The notes below the pieces were generated by a model, which saw only the letters and a program-made list of their open reading frames with translations, was not told the origin of the DNA and made no database searches. From contig JBAZYY010000002.1 in assembly GCA_041659065.1 (NCBI GenBank), positions 24,091-88,090 of the forward strand: a stretch of 64,000 nucleotides of DNA. Direction: 5' to 3'. The stretch's first letter is position 1; every line of letters begins with the position of its first letter. This document shows, piece by piece, positions 38,352 to 48,126 of the stretch. The position numbers and the translations under genes were made by a program. This DNA is from Parcubacteria group bacterium. GTDB lineage: Bacteria > Patescibacteriota > Minisyncoccia > Moranbacterales > UBA11712.

Positions 38352-38975
38352 TTAGCTTGGCGTACAACCAATGAATCTTACGGTCGAGCTGCAATACCCC
38401 GTTGTCGTACTGGTGCAACCGACACACTCTGCAGGACCTTCGCACCAACTGCCATGCCACCATCCTGGGGGACAAGACACTGTGGTATAACAACAAGGGT
38501 CATAATAGGAAAGAACGGTATAGGTCACTACCTCTGTTGCTGGATCAATATTGTCAAATAAGTGCGAACCGCTGGTTACGCCTGAGCAGGATTCGGCTGA
38601 AGTTTCGGTATATTTTAAATATGACTTCCAGCCTAAAGGACAAGAAGCTCCTGGAAATTTACACAATGTTATGCCGCCCACCATCGTAGGTACACCACCC
38701 GCAAGGGTGCATGCAGGAAAATTCACAAGATCGCCAAGGCACTTCTTGTCTCCTGTACCCTTTGTATCAACGCAGATATCTGCTTTATTTGAAGCTGTTC
38801 CAACTTTTGTTTGTATACCTGCTCCTGTATTGATCGGAGCGCCAAGGTTGCCGCCCGGAGGAGCTTCAGTTGGTTCGGTCCAGGCTCGCGCAAATTGGAG
38901 CAGAAGACCGAGTGCAATTCCAATAATGGCAACTTTCAGCCAGAAAAACTGCTTCTTTTGTTTTTTTTGTTTCAT
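38352..38975 (-). CDS. Secreted Cys-rich protein, paralog of 36934..37428
   Basis: …LQFARA|WTEPTEAPPGGNLGAPINTG; 16 Cys including the CC pair in YYDPCCYTT. Confidence 0.55.
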   Translation of the reverse strand: MKQKKQKKQFFWLKVAIIGIALGLLLQFARAWTEPTEAPPGGNLGAPINTGAGIQTKVGTASNKADICVDTKGTGDKKCLGDLVNFPACTLAGGVPTMVGGITLCKFPGASCPLGWKSYLKYTETSAESCSGVTSGSHLFDNIDPATEVVTYTVLSYYDPCCYTTVSCPPGWWHGSWCEGPAECVGCTSTTTGYCSSTVRFIGCTPS

Positions 38976-39028
38976 AGGTAGTAATTTAAATTATATATTT
39001 TCTCTGAAATAGCTCTCACAGCCCTTAT

Positions 39029-40339
39029 CTATTGAGTTGGATTAGTTTCCACCCACCCCGGAGCTTTGACATAGACCTTGGTTGAGCAAGAATCGTCTCC
39101 CGCGACAGCATCTGAGGTTGCCGAACCATAGTTTGATGAACTGTCCGCCGTCACTTTGCATTGCGTTCCGTCTTTGGATACGTCGGTAATATTTGTTGAT
39201 CCCCCTACTTTTTTTATGCATGTTTCAAGAGCACAACCAGCCTCTCCGGTCACAGACACGTCGTAGCTCGCAGTGCTCCCAGACCTAACCTCAAAGCTAT
39301 CCGGACAGCTGACCTCACAGTCCAAGGTTTTGATAAGATTTACGTTTGCCGTGGCCGCGCCACAATCACCCGTAACATTCACAGGCACGGTGTCATTAGA
39401 GGAGAAGTCGATCCCCTTCACATAGACTGTGCATTCGCCCCCGCTAATCGCACAAGAAGTACTATCCGCGGCTCCCGAACAGGTTGAGTTAGAAGAGATG
39501 TCTATTTTAGCTGAACCATTGTCGCTGAAATTAACAACCTGTCCATCTGTTGAATCCTCCGTTGTTACAACTAGTGGGCGGCAATTTTGGATATGATCCA
39601 ATGTCGGCCCAGAAGCGCTATGAATCGCACAGACATTTTCAATCTTTGCCTGACCAAAATCAATCCAACCTAGCTCACCAGCTATAGCACTGTTGGTTCC
39701 TGACCAACCATATCCAGACAGAGTGTTATCATTATTAATGGTGATTCCATAAGGAGTTCCGTTCGCATTTCCTTCAAGACTTATCCATCCTTGCCACCCC
39801 CCTGAATTTGGCGTAGCTTTCTCAAATTCTTTTTTTATTTCTAAAAATCTCGCCCAGCCTTTTATCCGATTGCCAGTTCGCCATGCTTTGCAAGGGTTAC
39901 TCGGGCACCCACCTAGTTCTGAAGAATTAAAACTTATATACCCCAAACCTGGACTCCAAGCGTAACCAGACAACTCACCTCCGCTCGTTGGACTAGGAAT
40001 GTTAACCCTATAGAGTTTTACTGCCCCCGAAGTTGGACATCCTGCAGGCGCTCCTTCTGAAGATCCTTCATATGTTCCATTTTCGTTAACATCACAATTT
40101 TTGCTATTCATGCTCACCCAGTATACACCAGTTTCGTTGCCATTTATACTGCCGTCACTCGATTCCTCAGTTCCTCCCCACAGCCAGCCAGTTATAATGC
40201 CCGCTGCTTGGACTTTAACAATACTGGCCACAGCAGCAATGGAAAAAACCAGAATCAGTGAAAGCATAATCCTGCGGCTGCGCGATATGATGGCTTTTTT
40301 CATTTTTCTTTTTTTATATTTTATGCGAGAGAAGACCAA
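39029..40339 (-). CDS. Large secreted protein with aromatic GW/GWIS repeats and Cys-rich C-terminal region
   Basis: Signal peptide; repeats GWLWGG, GYAWSPGLGYISFNS, GWQGWISLEG, GYGWSG…LGWIDFG; Ser/Thr/Cys-rich tail. Confidence 0.5.
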   Translation of the reverse strand: MVFSRIKYKKRKMKKAIISRSRRIMLSLILVFSIAAVASIVKVQAAGIITGWLWGGTEESSDGSINGNETGVYWVSMNSKNCDVNENGTYEGSSEGAPAGCPTSGAVKLYRVNIPSPTSGGELSGYAWSPGLGYISFNSSELGGCPSNPCKAWRTGNRIKGWARFLEIKKEFEKATPNSGGWQGWISLEGNANGTPYGITINNDNTLSGYGWSGTNSAIAGELGWIDFGQAKIENVCAIHSASGPTLDHIQNCRPLVVTTEDSTDGQVVNFSDNGSAKIDISSNSTCSGAADSTSCAISGGECTVYVKGIDFSSNDTVPVNVTGDCGAATANVNLIKTLDCEVSCPDSFEVRSGSTASYDVSVTGEAGCALETCIKKVGGSTNITDVSKDGTQCKVTADSSSNYGSATSDAVAGDDSCSTKVYVKAPGWVETNPTQ

Positions 40340-40499
40340 TAATTTATTTGATTATAGCATAATTTTGATATTGCGACAAAATACCTTCTTATCCACAGGC
40401 AGTATTCATGCCGCATATAAAACGGTTTGAATAAAATGCACAGCTATTTCAAAAAGTAGAAAAATAAGATACAATGTTAATGATAATTTTCGATGTCCA

Positions 40500-40590
40500 A
40501 TTCACAATTTTCAATCAATGATCAATTTTTAAAATTTTTAAACATTGAAAATTTATTGTAAATTGAAAATTAGTAATTGAAAATTTGAGA
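40500..40590. repeat. AT-rich palindromic intergenic element (family D, CAATTTTCAAT / ATTGAAAATTG)
   Basis: Same heptamer arms as 5040-5180. Confidence 0.55.
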
Positions 40591-41099
40591 TGAAAATTGC
40601 CATGAAAAAAATACTTCTATCAATCATTTTAAGCTTGTTTGCGGCTGTACCGATGGCTCATGCCATCTGTCCCGTCTGCACCGTAGCTGTGGGAGCGGGG
40701 CTGGGACTGGCTGAATATCTTGGAATTGATGATTCCATCTCGGGACTATGGATCGGAGCGCTGATCGTCTCAATGTCGCTTTGGACCATAAATTGGTTAA
40801 GCCAGAGAGAAATAAAATTTAAAGGCAGAAAAATCCTTATTTTTATTGCCTATTATCTGATTGTGGTCGGACCGCTTTTTTGGAGAGGTATCATCGGCCA
40901 TCCCTTTAATAAGCTCTGCGGGATTGATAAATTATTATTTGGAATTATACTCGGCAGCGTCCTTTTCGCAGCCGGAGCCATCTTCCATGTTTACGTGAGA
41001 GAACGAAACGGAAGCAAATCATATTTTAAGGGGCAGAAAATAGTTTTCGCCATCACGCCACTCATAGTCGCAAGCGTAATTTTATATTTTACTTGCTAA
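40590..41099 (+). CDS. Hypothetical membrane protein
   Basis: 4-5 TM helices; N-terminal CPVC. Confidence 0.45.
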   Translation: MKIAMKKILLSIILSLFAAVPMAHAICPVCTVAVGAGLGLAEYLGIDDSISGLWIGALIVSMSLWTINWLSQREIKFKGRKILIFIAYYLIVVGPLFWRGIIGHPFNKLCGIDKLLFGIILGSVLFAAGAIFHVYVRERNGSKSYFKGQKIVFAITPLIVASVILYFTC

Positions 41100-41100
41100 T

Positions 41101-41144
41101 TCCTAAAGTCCGGCTTTAGGAGCGCCTAAAGCCGGACTTTAGGA
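41101..41144. repeat. Pair of REP-like palindromes (BIME-like)
   Basis: TCCTAAAGTCCGGCTTTAGGA then GCGCCTAAAGCCGGACTTTAGGA; same CCTAAAG…CTTTAGG arms as the REPs around the RAYT. Confidence 0.6.
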
Positions 41145-41153
41145 AAAAATTTC

Positions 41154-41756
41154 ATGCCTGATCAAAACAAGCTCCAAAAAATCAACGAACTCATTGAGAA
41201 AGTGGATGAGATGAAAAAGCAAGACAAGATGGATCTCTCATCCGACCAGGATCTCTCGATCGCTATCATGAACCTCGTTTCGATCGAAGAACATTTCTTT
41301 TTCACGGGCGCCAAAACCGGAAAGCCGGAATACTATGGCCTCTTGCAGGAAGTTCGCAAGATGCGCGGTGACCTGCTCCGCAAAATTATCAAGGAATACG
41401 AAGGAGAAGTATGGTGCATCTCAAAACATCTTCTTGCTGCTTCAATGCGTCTGATGGAAGTTGGAACCAAGCAGCAAGGCATGGGAAACAAAAAAGAAGC
41501 GCAGGAACTGTTTGAAAAATCATACGACCTTTATTCCCTTTTCTGGGGACTTAATATGAAATTGATCAATACGAACGACATTAAAAAGATTGACGAAACA
41601 TCCATCAATGTCCACGATCAGGGAAAAGTGTCTTCCCAAAATATTTCGAGTTCTGCCGAAAAAACTGATAATAGCAGTTCAAAAAATGTGAGCAAAAGCT
41701 TCATGGGAAAACTCGGCGAACTCGTCCGAAAAGCCGTGGACTGCTGCCTCGAGTAA
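41154..41756 (+). CDS. Hypothetical protein
   Basis: 200-aa ORF; no motif recognised. Confidence 0.4.
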   Translation: MPDQNKLQKINELIEKVDEMKKQDKMDLSSDQDLSIAIMNLVSIEEHFFFTGAKTGKPEYYGLLQEVRKMRGDLLRKIIKEYEGEVWCISKHLLAASMRLMEVGTKQQGMGNKKEAQELFEKSYDLYSLFWGLNMKLINTNDIKKIDETSINVHDQGKVSSQNISSSAEKTDNSSSKNVSKSFMGKLGELVRKAVDCCLE

Positions 41757-41834
41757 AAGGATGAATTTGAGGAAAAGAAAAAAGACTTAGCGTAAACCTC
41801 TTGGAATACGTTATCCTGAGAAGCGAACCCTAAT

Positions 41835-41866
41835 AAAACGCCTTTTGAAGGCGTTTTATCTTATTA
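41835..41866 (+). terminator. Intrinsic terminator
   Basis: AAAACGCC-TTTTGAA-GGCGTTTT then ATCTTATT. Confidence 0.55.
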
Positions 41867-41894
41867 ATTATTATTTATAAAAATATTTTACGAA

Positions 41895-42314
41895 TTACAT
41901 ATTTTTTCGGACATAATTGCAATTCCCGTCTTTGTTTATATTCCTCCAGACTCTATTTCCCTGTTGCGCTCCCCCGCCTGTCTGATTGGAATTTACTTGT
42001 CTTAAACCCAGATCTTCTCGGATCTTATTTGCTTCGTCATATTTTCCTTCCAGCATCAGCCTATGCATTTCAGAAAATCGGCCAAAATTATTTTCGTTTA
42101 TTAACTGAGCTGCCCTTCCCTGCCCGCTCATCAATTTCTTCCAAGCATTATAATCATTATTCTCGAAGGCCTTCTGCGTTGCTTCATATCTTTGGGCTGA
42201 AAAGTTCGGTGTACGCTGTTTCAGATCGCCCTGATACGCATAAGCGGCGTACGCGACGCCTGAGGCGGTAATTAGAGCTATCACGCCCACAGGAAACACT
42301 ATCTTTTTTTTCAT
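41895..42314 (-). CDS. Hypothetical secreted protein
   Basis: Signal peptide MKKKIVFPVGVIALITASGVAYA. Confidence 0.45.
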   Translation of the reverse strand: MKKKIVFPVGVIALITASGVAYAAYAYQGDLKQRTPNFSAQRYEATQKAFENNDYNAWKKLMSGQGRAAQLINENNFGRFSEMHRLMLEGKYDEANKIREDLGLRQVNSNQTGGGAQQGNRVWRNINKDGNCNYVRKNM

Positions 42315-42606
42315 AGAATTATCCTAAAAATAATTTTAATGAGATATTCAGTTTTAAGTTTAAGCAAAGCGGCCAGCTCCACTTTTTTATTACGGAGTTC
42401 CAAATTCCAAACTTTCATCTCTCAAAACGTAAGGTCATGCAGGTAAGTTTTCGCTTAAAAGTTAAAAAATTCTAAAAATTTACACACCAAGCTGCCGCAA
42501 CTTAAAAAGGCCTTAACGCAGGATTCGCAAAAGCTTATTAGAAAGAAAACCGCTATTTAACAATAAAATAGCGGCGCTGCCAGGCTTAAACTGCGATTTG
42601 ACCCAA

Positions 42607-43353
42607 TTAATCATCACTGTCCCATCTCATTTTTGCTTTTTGCATCAAACCTTTATTTTGCCAAGGCCGGATTTCCCTCGCCCAGAAAACATTCTCTTGT
42701 TCTTTTTCACCGATTACTTTTATCTCTTCTCCGGGCACTATTCTGATCGGTTCGTATTCAAGCGTGTCATCGTCTTCCCGCACCTGCCACAGGACTCCGT
42801 GGAAATCTTTTAATTCGAACACTTTGGGGTCAACAATTTTAATTATTTTTCCCCCCAGTAAACCATTTCCCGGCTGGTCCCAGATATCCGTGCGGTTATG
42901 GCAGCAGGTGAGGCTTTCATAAATTGGAATACTCGAAGCCACAACATCCTCCACTTCCTGGCCCGCGCCCAAAGTATTCAGAAAAGTCCCTAAAATTATA
43001 CTCCCAATAACGCTTAGGCCGAGAATCACATACGCTTCATGGCGATATCCCTCTTTAGTGTGCTTAAAGTTGTAATACGCCACGCTGATGAACAGAATCA
43101 GTAAAATTATCCAGATATACGGAATAGAGATTAAAATGTGTCCGGCCAGACTTCGATGCAGATATTGGTACAAGTCCCAATCATTTTCGAATAAAATATG
43201 GAGCGAGACGCAAAAAGCAACCGCGCCAATTATGAGCGAAATCAGGAACAGCAGCCAGACAAAATAGTCCTTGAGTAGAAATCTCCAGCGCGGCTTTGGA
43301 GCTATTTTTTCTTCCTTGATTTTTTCAAGCACTTTTTTCCCAAGTTCACTCAT
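42607..43353 (-). CDS. Membrane protein, putative anti-sigma factor (by position)
   Basis: Cytoplasmic N-terminus, 4 TM helices; directly downstream of the ECF sigma gene. Confidence 0.35.
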   Translation of the reverse strand: MSELGKKVLEKIKEEKIAPKPRWRFLLKDYFVWLLFLISLIIGAVAFCVSLHILFENDWDLYQYLHRSLAGHILISIPYIWIILLILFISVAYYNFKHTKEGYRHEAYVILGLSVIGSIILGTFLNTLGAGQEVEDVVASSIPIYESLTCCHNRTDIWDQPGNGLLGGKIIKIVDPKVFELKDFHGVLWQVREDDDTLEYEPIRIVPGEEIKVIGEKEQENVFWAREIRPWQNKGLMQKAKMRWDSDD

Positions 43354-43361
43354 ATATTTAG

Positions 43362-43946
43362 TTAGTAAGTTAAGTCTTTGCCAGCGCCAATTTTCTTAAA
43401 TTGCTTTTTCGCGCGATTAATCAAAGTGGCCACGGTGCCCAGAGGCTTGTGCAATATATCCGAGATTTCCTTATAATCCTTCCCTTCGAGAAACTTAAGC
43501 ACCAGGACTTCCCTGTATTTATCGTCCAGTTTATCCAATATTTCTCTCACCTCTTCTCCGGTAAACTTTCTTTCGGTGTCGCTGGCCAAATCTTCATCAG
43601 TCGAAATGAACTTTAGAAAGTCTTCATCGGCCTCGAATTTTAGTACTTTAGGCCGAGCTGATGTCTTTCGCCAGTGGCTGATAACCTGGTTATGGGCAAT
43701 GCGATAAACCCAGGAAGAGAACTTTAGGCTTTGGTCGAAATCGTTAAGATTGCGATAGACTTTAACAAAAATATCCTGCAGAAGATCTTCCGCGTCTTCG
43801 CGAGTCACGGCCGAAATGCGCATGATATAGCGCATTAGTTTTTCTTCATAACGGTCGACAAGGCACGCAAAAAAATCCTGATTCTTGAGAGCTAGGGCGA
43901 CCAATTCTTCATCAGTTTTATCGGGACAACTGTTTTTGTCGAGCAT
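43362..43946 (-). CDS. ECF-type RNA polymerase sigma factor (sigma-70 family)
   Basis: Region 2 (DIFVKVYRNL…WVYRIAHNQVISHWRK) and region 4 HTH (YKEISDILHKPLGTVATLINRAKKQ). Confidence 0.8.
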   Translation of the reverse strand: MLDKNSCPDKTDEELVALALKNQDFFACLVDRYEEKLMRYIMRISAVTREDAEDLLQDIFVKVYRNLNDFDQSLKFSSWVYRIAHNQVISHWRKTSARPKVLKFEADEDFLKFISTDEDLASDTERKFTGEEVREILDKLDDKYREVLVLKFLEGKDYKEISDILHKPLGTVATLINRAKKQFKKIGAGKDLTY

Positions 43947-43958
43947 TAATTAGTAGTT

Positions 43959-44537
43959 TTATTGATGAGCAGGCGGCCTTACACTGCCGTAGCTTGCTAC
44001 TGCCTGCTCCTTTTGAGCTATTTTGCTGTAAGCATCGCGAAACACTTTACCAAACCATGCGGATAATTTTGCCGGATCGAGCTTTTCTAATCCTTGAGTG
44101 TCCTTACTTCTCCTTGTAAACGCGGCAACCGCAACTTCCCTTAGATCCTCGAGTTTTCCTGCCTTTCCTACCTGATTAAACTTATCAAATCCTTCTTTTA
44201 GTGATCCTCTGAGATGCTCCAGACTTTTAGGATCCTCCCGTACCTGCGAAGATATTGCCTTAAAATCAAGAATTTGAAGCGCAGCGTCAAAAGAAATCGT
44301 CAATGAAGCTGATTCAGCTGCCTTTATCCTCTCTGGTGTTATAGCCTCGCCTTCTTTGACAGGTTTAAGTTCAGCGATAGCATCACTGGGGAATTTCCCC
44401 GGGTCGATAAACTCCGCCAGATTCCGCTCTTTCCTATAGCTAGCATTCCGAACAATTCCACGGCCTAATCCCGCTTCTTTTTCATATTGAGCCTTAAGCA
44501 ATTCAGCTGAATTTTCTGGTTCTTGCGTATACTCCAT
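43959..44537 (-). CDS. Hypothetical protein
   Basis: 192 aa; no motif recognised. Confidence 0.4.
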   Translation of the reverse strand: MEYTQEPENSAELLKAQYEKEAGLGRGIVRNASYRKERNLAEFIDPGKFPSDAIAELKPVKEGEAITPERIKAAESASLTISFDAALQILDFKAISSQVREDPKSLEHLRGSLKEGFDKFNQVGKAGKLEDLREVAVAAFTRRSKDTQGLEKLDPAKLSAWFGKVFRDAYSKIAQKEQAVASYGSVRPPAHQ

Positions 44538-44612
44538 AAAGACGAAGATTAAATTATTCTTTACTCACGGATTCGTATGCTAGCATAAAATTCTTAATTT
44601 GCAAAGCCTCCA

Positions 44613-46679
44613 TTACAATCCCAGTTCCCCTTCTCTCTCCCAATTGTTTTCGTTCAATACGATCATTTGATTGTCCCCAATGGCATAAAGAAAATCATCC
44701 ATATAGATAGCCCTTTTAGCTTGAATTTCCGCTACTGTTTTTTCCAGCTTCAGATTATCACCCGCATAGGAGAATATATACCCGCCTTTTGACCCCGGCA
44801 GGAAAAAGATTTGATGCTTGGAATCCAGTAGAAATGCGTGATGGGTTTGCGCCACTTCCGAATAATATTCATCCAAATTATATTTTGAAATTTCCCGCGG
44901 ATTTTGCGGCGAGCTCACGTCAAAAAGGCTGATTTTGACTTGATTATTCTCTTCGCCGATTCCCAGAACTTTGTCTTTCGTTATCGGATGCAAATATGAC
45001 GAATAGCCCGGTATTTTCAGCTCTCCTGCTTTTTTCGGCTCCAGGGGATTTGAAAGATCCAGCACATAAAATGGATCCGTTTGTTTGAATGTTACCAGAT
45101 ACCCTTTGTCTTCGACGAATCTTGCGGCGTAAATTTTCTCCTGCTCTCCAAGATCCGTGATTGAGCTCACGGTCCGGAGTTCCTTATCGAGGATATAGAC
45201 ATCATTCGCGCTGTCACGCGCGCCACCGAAGCCAAACCCCCACCAGCCCGAACCAACCGTAGTGGCAATTCGCAAATAATTTTGATACTCATCCAGAGAA
45301 AATTGATTAAGCGGTTTTCCAGGAACGGCGCCGCTTGCAGTGACGCTGAGGTCTGAAACTGAAATTTTTACAATCCCTGTCCGTTCCAGATCCCTTTTAT
45401 GCTCTTTGAAATAATTTTCCATGCGGTTTCGCATTTCATTTTCCAGTTTCATGCGGTCGTCGGAACTCAGGAAATTCTGGTACTTTTGCAGTATATCCCC
45501 GTACTCCGTCATTTTCGCGTTAGCGCCTATATCATAACCTTCGAGTTTTCTTATCTTTTCCGTCACCGAGTCGGGAACGAGATCGCTATTTTTTCCAAAA
45601 AAACCAATTGTGAATTTGATAAAGTCCCCCGGATAATAATAAGTGGCATAGATAGAATCCGGCGACATGTAGATGACCGAGTCGCTGGACGAACCGACAA
45701 AGGTTGCTGTTTCCTTAGTGTCTCCAGTTGAAATATCCATTTTTGTCACTGTGTAGGTTGTATCTGACGATATGGGCGCCACTGGATGGTTGATTTCCTG
45801 ACAGCTGATGGAAAAGTTTTTCCCATTCACTAAATATGGTTCGAATGGGCAGGGATGGTCGGAATTAATGGTACTTTTTGTCACCAGGAAGATCCTGTCC
45901 CCATAGAGGCGCGCTGCCTCTACTTGGGTATTGTTTTTTAGTTCAATGCTCCACTTTTCTTTTGGGTCCTTTGGGTCGGAGACATCATAGCCCGTTATCT
46001 TACCTTGGCTGCCGCCGAAGTAATTGCCATCTGGCAGCACAACCAAAATATTATTTTTCAAGAGCATGTTTCCGCTTTGACGGATTTTGCTATCGATTGC
46101 CAGATCGGTTGGCGGATATGCTTTAATAGCTTTTATACCCCCGGTCTGGCCAAGCGGCCATAGTTCCTTCGACTCATCGGATCTTCCCGCAGTATCATCA
46201 AGGGGCATGACAGTTGGCTGGGCAACTGAAAAATAGATATCCTTCCCGTCTGTCTTAACAACATCCGGCTCATCAATTCCCGCAACTTGCACATTTGTTT
46301 CCGAAACCCTCTCGGGTCCGCTGCCGAGGCCTGCCGTAGTTGGGGGTATCGCAGCTTTTGAGCTGTCGGCACTTTGTTCCATCACGTTTGCCATTCCACT
46401 TCTCATTCCTCCTCCAAGCATCTGAGCGCCTCCGGAAAAACTCGATATTTCTTTACTTTTTTCCAGATATTTCTTGAAATCCGCCTCTGAACTGAAATGC
46501 TTTATGGTATTCAAATCCGTTGGGGCTTGATATATCTCTCCGGATTCCGTCTGGCTGGATTGGCTATTCGAGTTATCGAGATACCGAGAATTATTAAATC
46601 CAATGATAACAAGTGCGGCAATCAAGCTGACCGCCAAAATCACCGCCAGAGCGTAGCTAAGTTTTATTTCTTTTGACAT
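44613..46679 (-). CDS. Large membrane-anchored extracytoplasmic protein (beta-propeller-like repeats likely)
   Basis: N-terminal TM anchor; 688 aa rich in Gly/Tyr/Asp repeat segments; no enzymatic motif identified. Confidence 0.4.
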   Translation of the reverse strand: MSKEIKLSYALAVILAVSLIAALVIIGFNNSRYLDNSNSQSSQTESGEIYQAPTDLNTIKHFSSEADFKKYLEKSKEISSFSGGAQMLGGGMRSGMANVMEQSADSSKAAIPPTTAGLGSGPERVSETNVQVAGIDEPDVVKTDGKDIYFSVAQPTVMPLDDTAGRSDESKELWPLGQTGGIKAIKAYPPTDLAIDSKIRQSGNMLLKNNILVVLPDGNYFGGSQGKITGYDVSDPKDPKEKWSIELKNNTQVEAARLYGDRIFLVTKSTINSDHPCPFEPYLVNGKNFSISCQEINHPVAPISSDTTYTVTKMDISTGDTKETATFVGSSSDSVIYMSPDSIYATYYYPGDFIKFTIGFFGKNSDLVPDSVTEKIRKLEGYDIGANAKMTEYGDILQKYQNFLSSDDRMKLENEMRNRMENYFKEHKRDLERTGIVKISVSDLSVTASGAVPGKPLNQFSLDEYQNYLRIATTVGSGWWGFGFGGARDSANDVYILDKELRTVSSITDLGEQEKIYAARFVEDKGYLVTFKQTDPFYVLDLSNPLEPKKAGELKIPGYSSYLHPITKDKVLGIGEENNQVKISLFDVSSPQNPREISKYNLDEYYSEVAQTHHAFLLDSKHQIFFLPGSKGGYIFSYAGDNLKLEKTVAEIQAKRAIYMDDFLYAIGDNQMIVLNENNWEREGELGL

Positions 46680-46720
46680 ATTTGCATTTTAATTTATAAG
46701 AAAGATTAATTTACGGAAAA

Positions 46721-46993
46721 CTATCTTCCTTCCCAAAATTTTTCCGCTTCCTTTTCCATTGCGGAAAGTCGGGTATAATAATCAGGGAATTCATTGAGAT
46801 GGGCAAGGGCTATCTTCCCGGTCATGAGAGGATCATCACTCGTAACATTAGTTTCCACGTTTCGGCTGCCGTGTTCGAGTTCTATATTCAGTCCCGCCTT
46901 AAATTGTTCCGCATCAAATCGGGACCAGTCAACTCCCAATTGCTCTCCGATTTCTTTGGCTTGTTCCGCGGTAAAAATTTTTTTATCCGACAT
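46721..46993 (-). CDS. Hypothetical small protein
   Basis: 90 aa, acidic, ELEHG motif. Confidence 0.4.
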   Translation of the reverse strand: MSDKKIFTAEQAKEIGEQLGVDWSRFDAEQFKAGLNIELEHGSRNVETNVTSDDPLMTGKIALAHLNEFPDYYTRLSAMEKEAEKFWEGR

Positions 46994-47090
46994 ATAATCC
47001 TATCAGTCTTTTGAATGAATAAAAATAAACCCGATTCCTTGGGTTTATTATAGCATAAATATGATTAATTTTTGAAATAAAAACAAAACA

Positions 47091-47783
47091 CTAATCGCAA
47101 ACATAAAGGCAGGGATTGATCCAGCCAGAAAGTTCCGATTGTTTCTGGACATAACCTCGGATATCGACTGCAGAACCTTTGTGAATACTCAGGTGCAAGT
47201 GTTTGCGCTCACCATTGGTCTCCGTAGAAAAAGCTTTCCCTAAAAACCCGACTTGCTCTCCTTTCGAAAGCGAGTCTCCAGTCTTTCCCGAAATGCTGGC
47301 TAGCTTTAGATGCCCATAAACAACTGTAATCGGCTGGTTATCAAGCTCGCAGCTCTCAACCAACACTCCTCCATAACCACTCGCGTACTTCTTGAGTGCG
47401 ATTTTGCCGTCACAAATAGCTTGAACCGGAACGTCGGCGGTCAGCTCCTCAGGGAATATCTCAAAATCGGAACCGGTGTGGTATCCAGTGAATTTTTCGG
47501 GCTGAACTGGTGAAGTTTTGGGAGTAATGTATAATCCAAAAGTTTTTTTAGTCACTCTTTCGCCAGGCCTGTCGAGCGGGGGCTCGAATATTTTTACCGG
47601 TTCTGGCGCTGCTTGGCTTGTTTCTTGCACGGCAGACTGGTTTTGAACCTTTTCGATAATCTGCGGAAGATTGGTTTGCACTACCATAGTCTTCTTAGCG
47701 GTATTTATGGAATAGATATTATAAATAACAACTCCGGCAAATATGGCTATGGTTGCGGCTAAAATGATTATTGGTTTTTTCAT
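47091..47783 (-). CDS. M23 family peptidase (LytM-like)
   Basis: HTGSDF…D and HLHLSIH zinc motifs; N-terminal TM anchor. Confidence 0.8.
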   Translation of the reverse strand: MKKPIIILAATIAIFAGVVIYNIYSINTAKKTMVVQTNLPQIIEKVQNQSAVQETSQAAPEPVKIFEPPLDRPGERVTKKTFGLYITPKTSPVQPEKFTGYHTGSDFEIFPEELTADVPVQAICDGKIALKKYASGYGGVLVESCELDNQPITVVYGHLKLASISGKTGDSLSKGEQVGFLGKAFSTETNGERKHLHLSIHKGSAVDIRGYVQKQSELSGWINPCLYVCD

Positions 47784-47837
47784 ATTTCCTAAAAAAGTTT
47801 ATACTCAAAAAAATATTGTGCTGAAATTATACATCAC

Positions 47838-47875
47838 AAAAGGAAAAGCTCATAAGCTCCAAGGAGCTTATGAGC
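47838..47875 (-). terminator. Intrinsic terminator (minus strand)
   Basis: Perfect 11-bp stem GCTCATAAGCT-CCAAGG-AGCTTATGAGC followed, on the minus strand, by TTTTCCTTTT. Confidence 0.5.
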
Positions 47876-47922
47876 AAAAAGAATAGAGCAAGAACCGCGG
47901 CCTGGCTGCATCCGGACTTTGC

Positions 47923-48126
47923 TTAACAGCTACCCTTCGGCGCAAGACATGAGGTAATTGAGAGATGGAGCGGGTTTGGATCGACCTGGAATACCATAAA
48001 ATTCTCATCATCTCTTACGACTATTATCTTTTTCTCTTCTTGTAATCTTCTCGCTGTTTTATCGAAGTTCGCGATATCTTCAGGTTTTGCGCCTTTAGTG
48101 GTTTCAATTCTAATCATCTCACTCAT
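47923..48126 (-). CDS. Hypothetical small protein
   Basis: 67-aa ORF. Confidence 0.3.
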   Translation of the reverse strand: MSEMIRIETTKGAKPEDIANFDKTARRLQEEKKIIVVRDDENFMVFQVDPNPLHLSITSCLAPKGSC

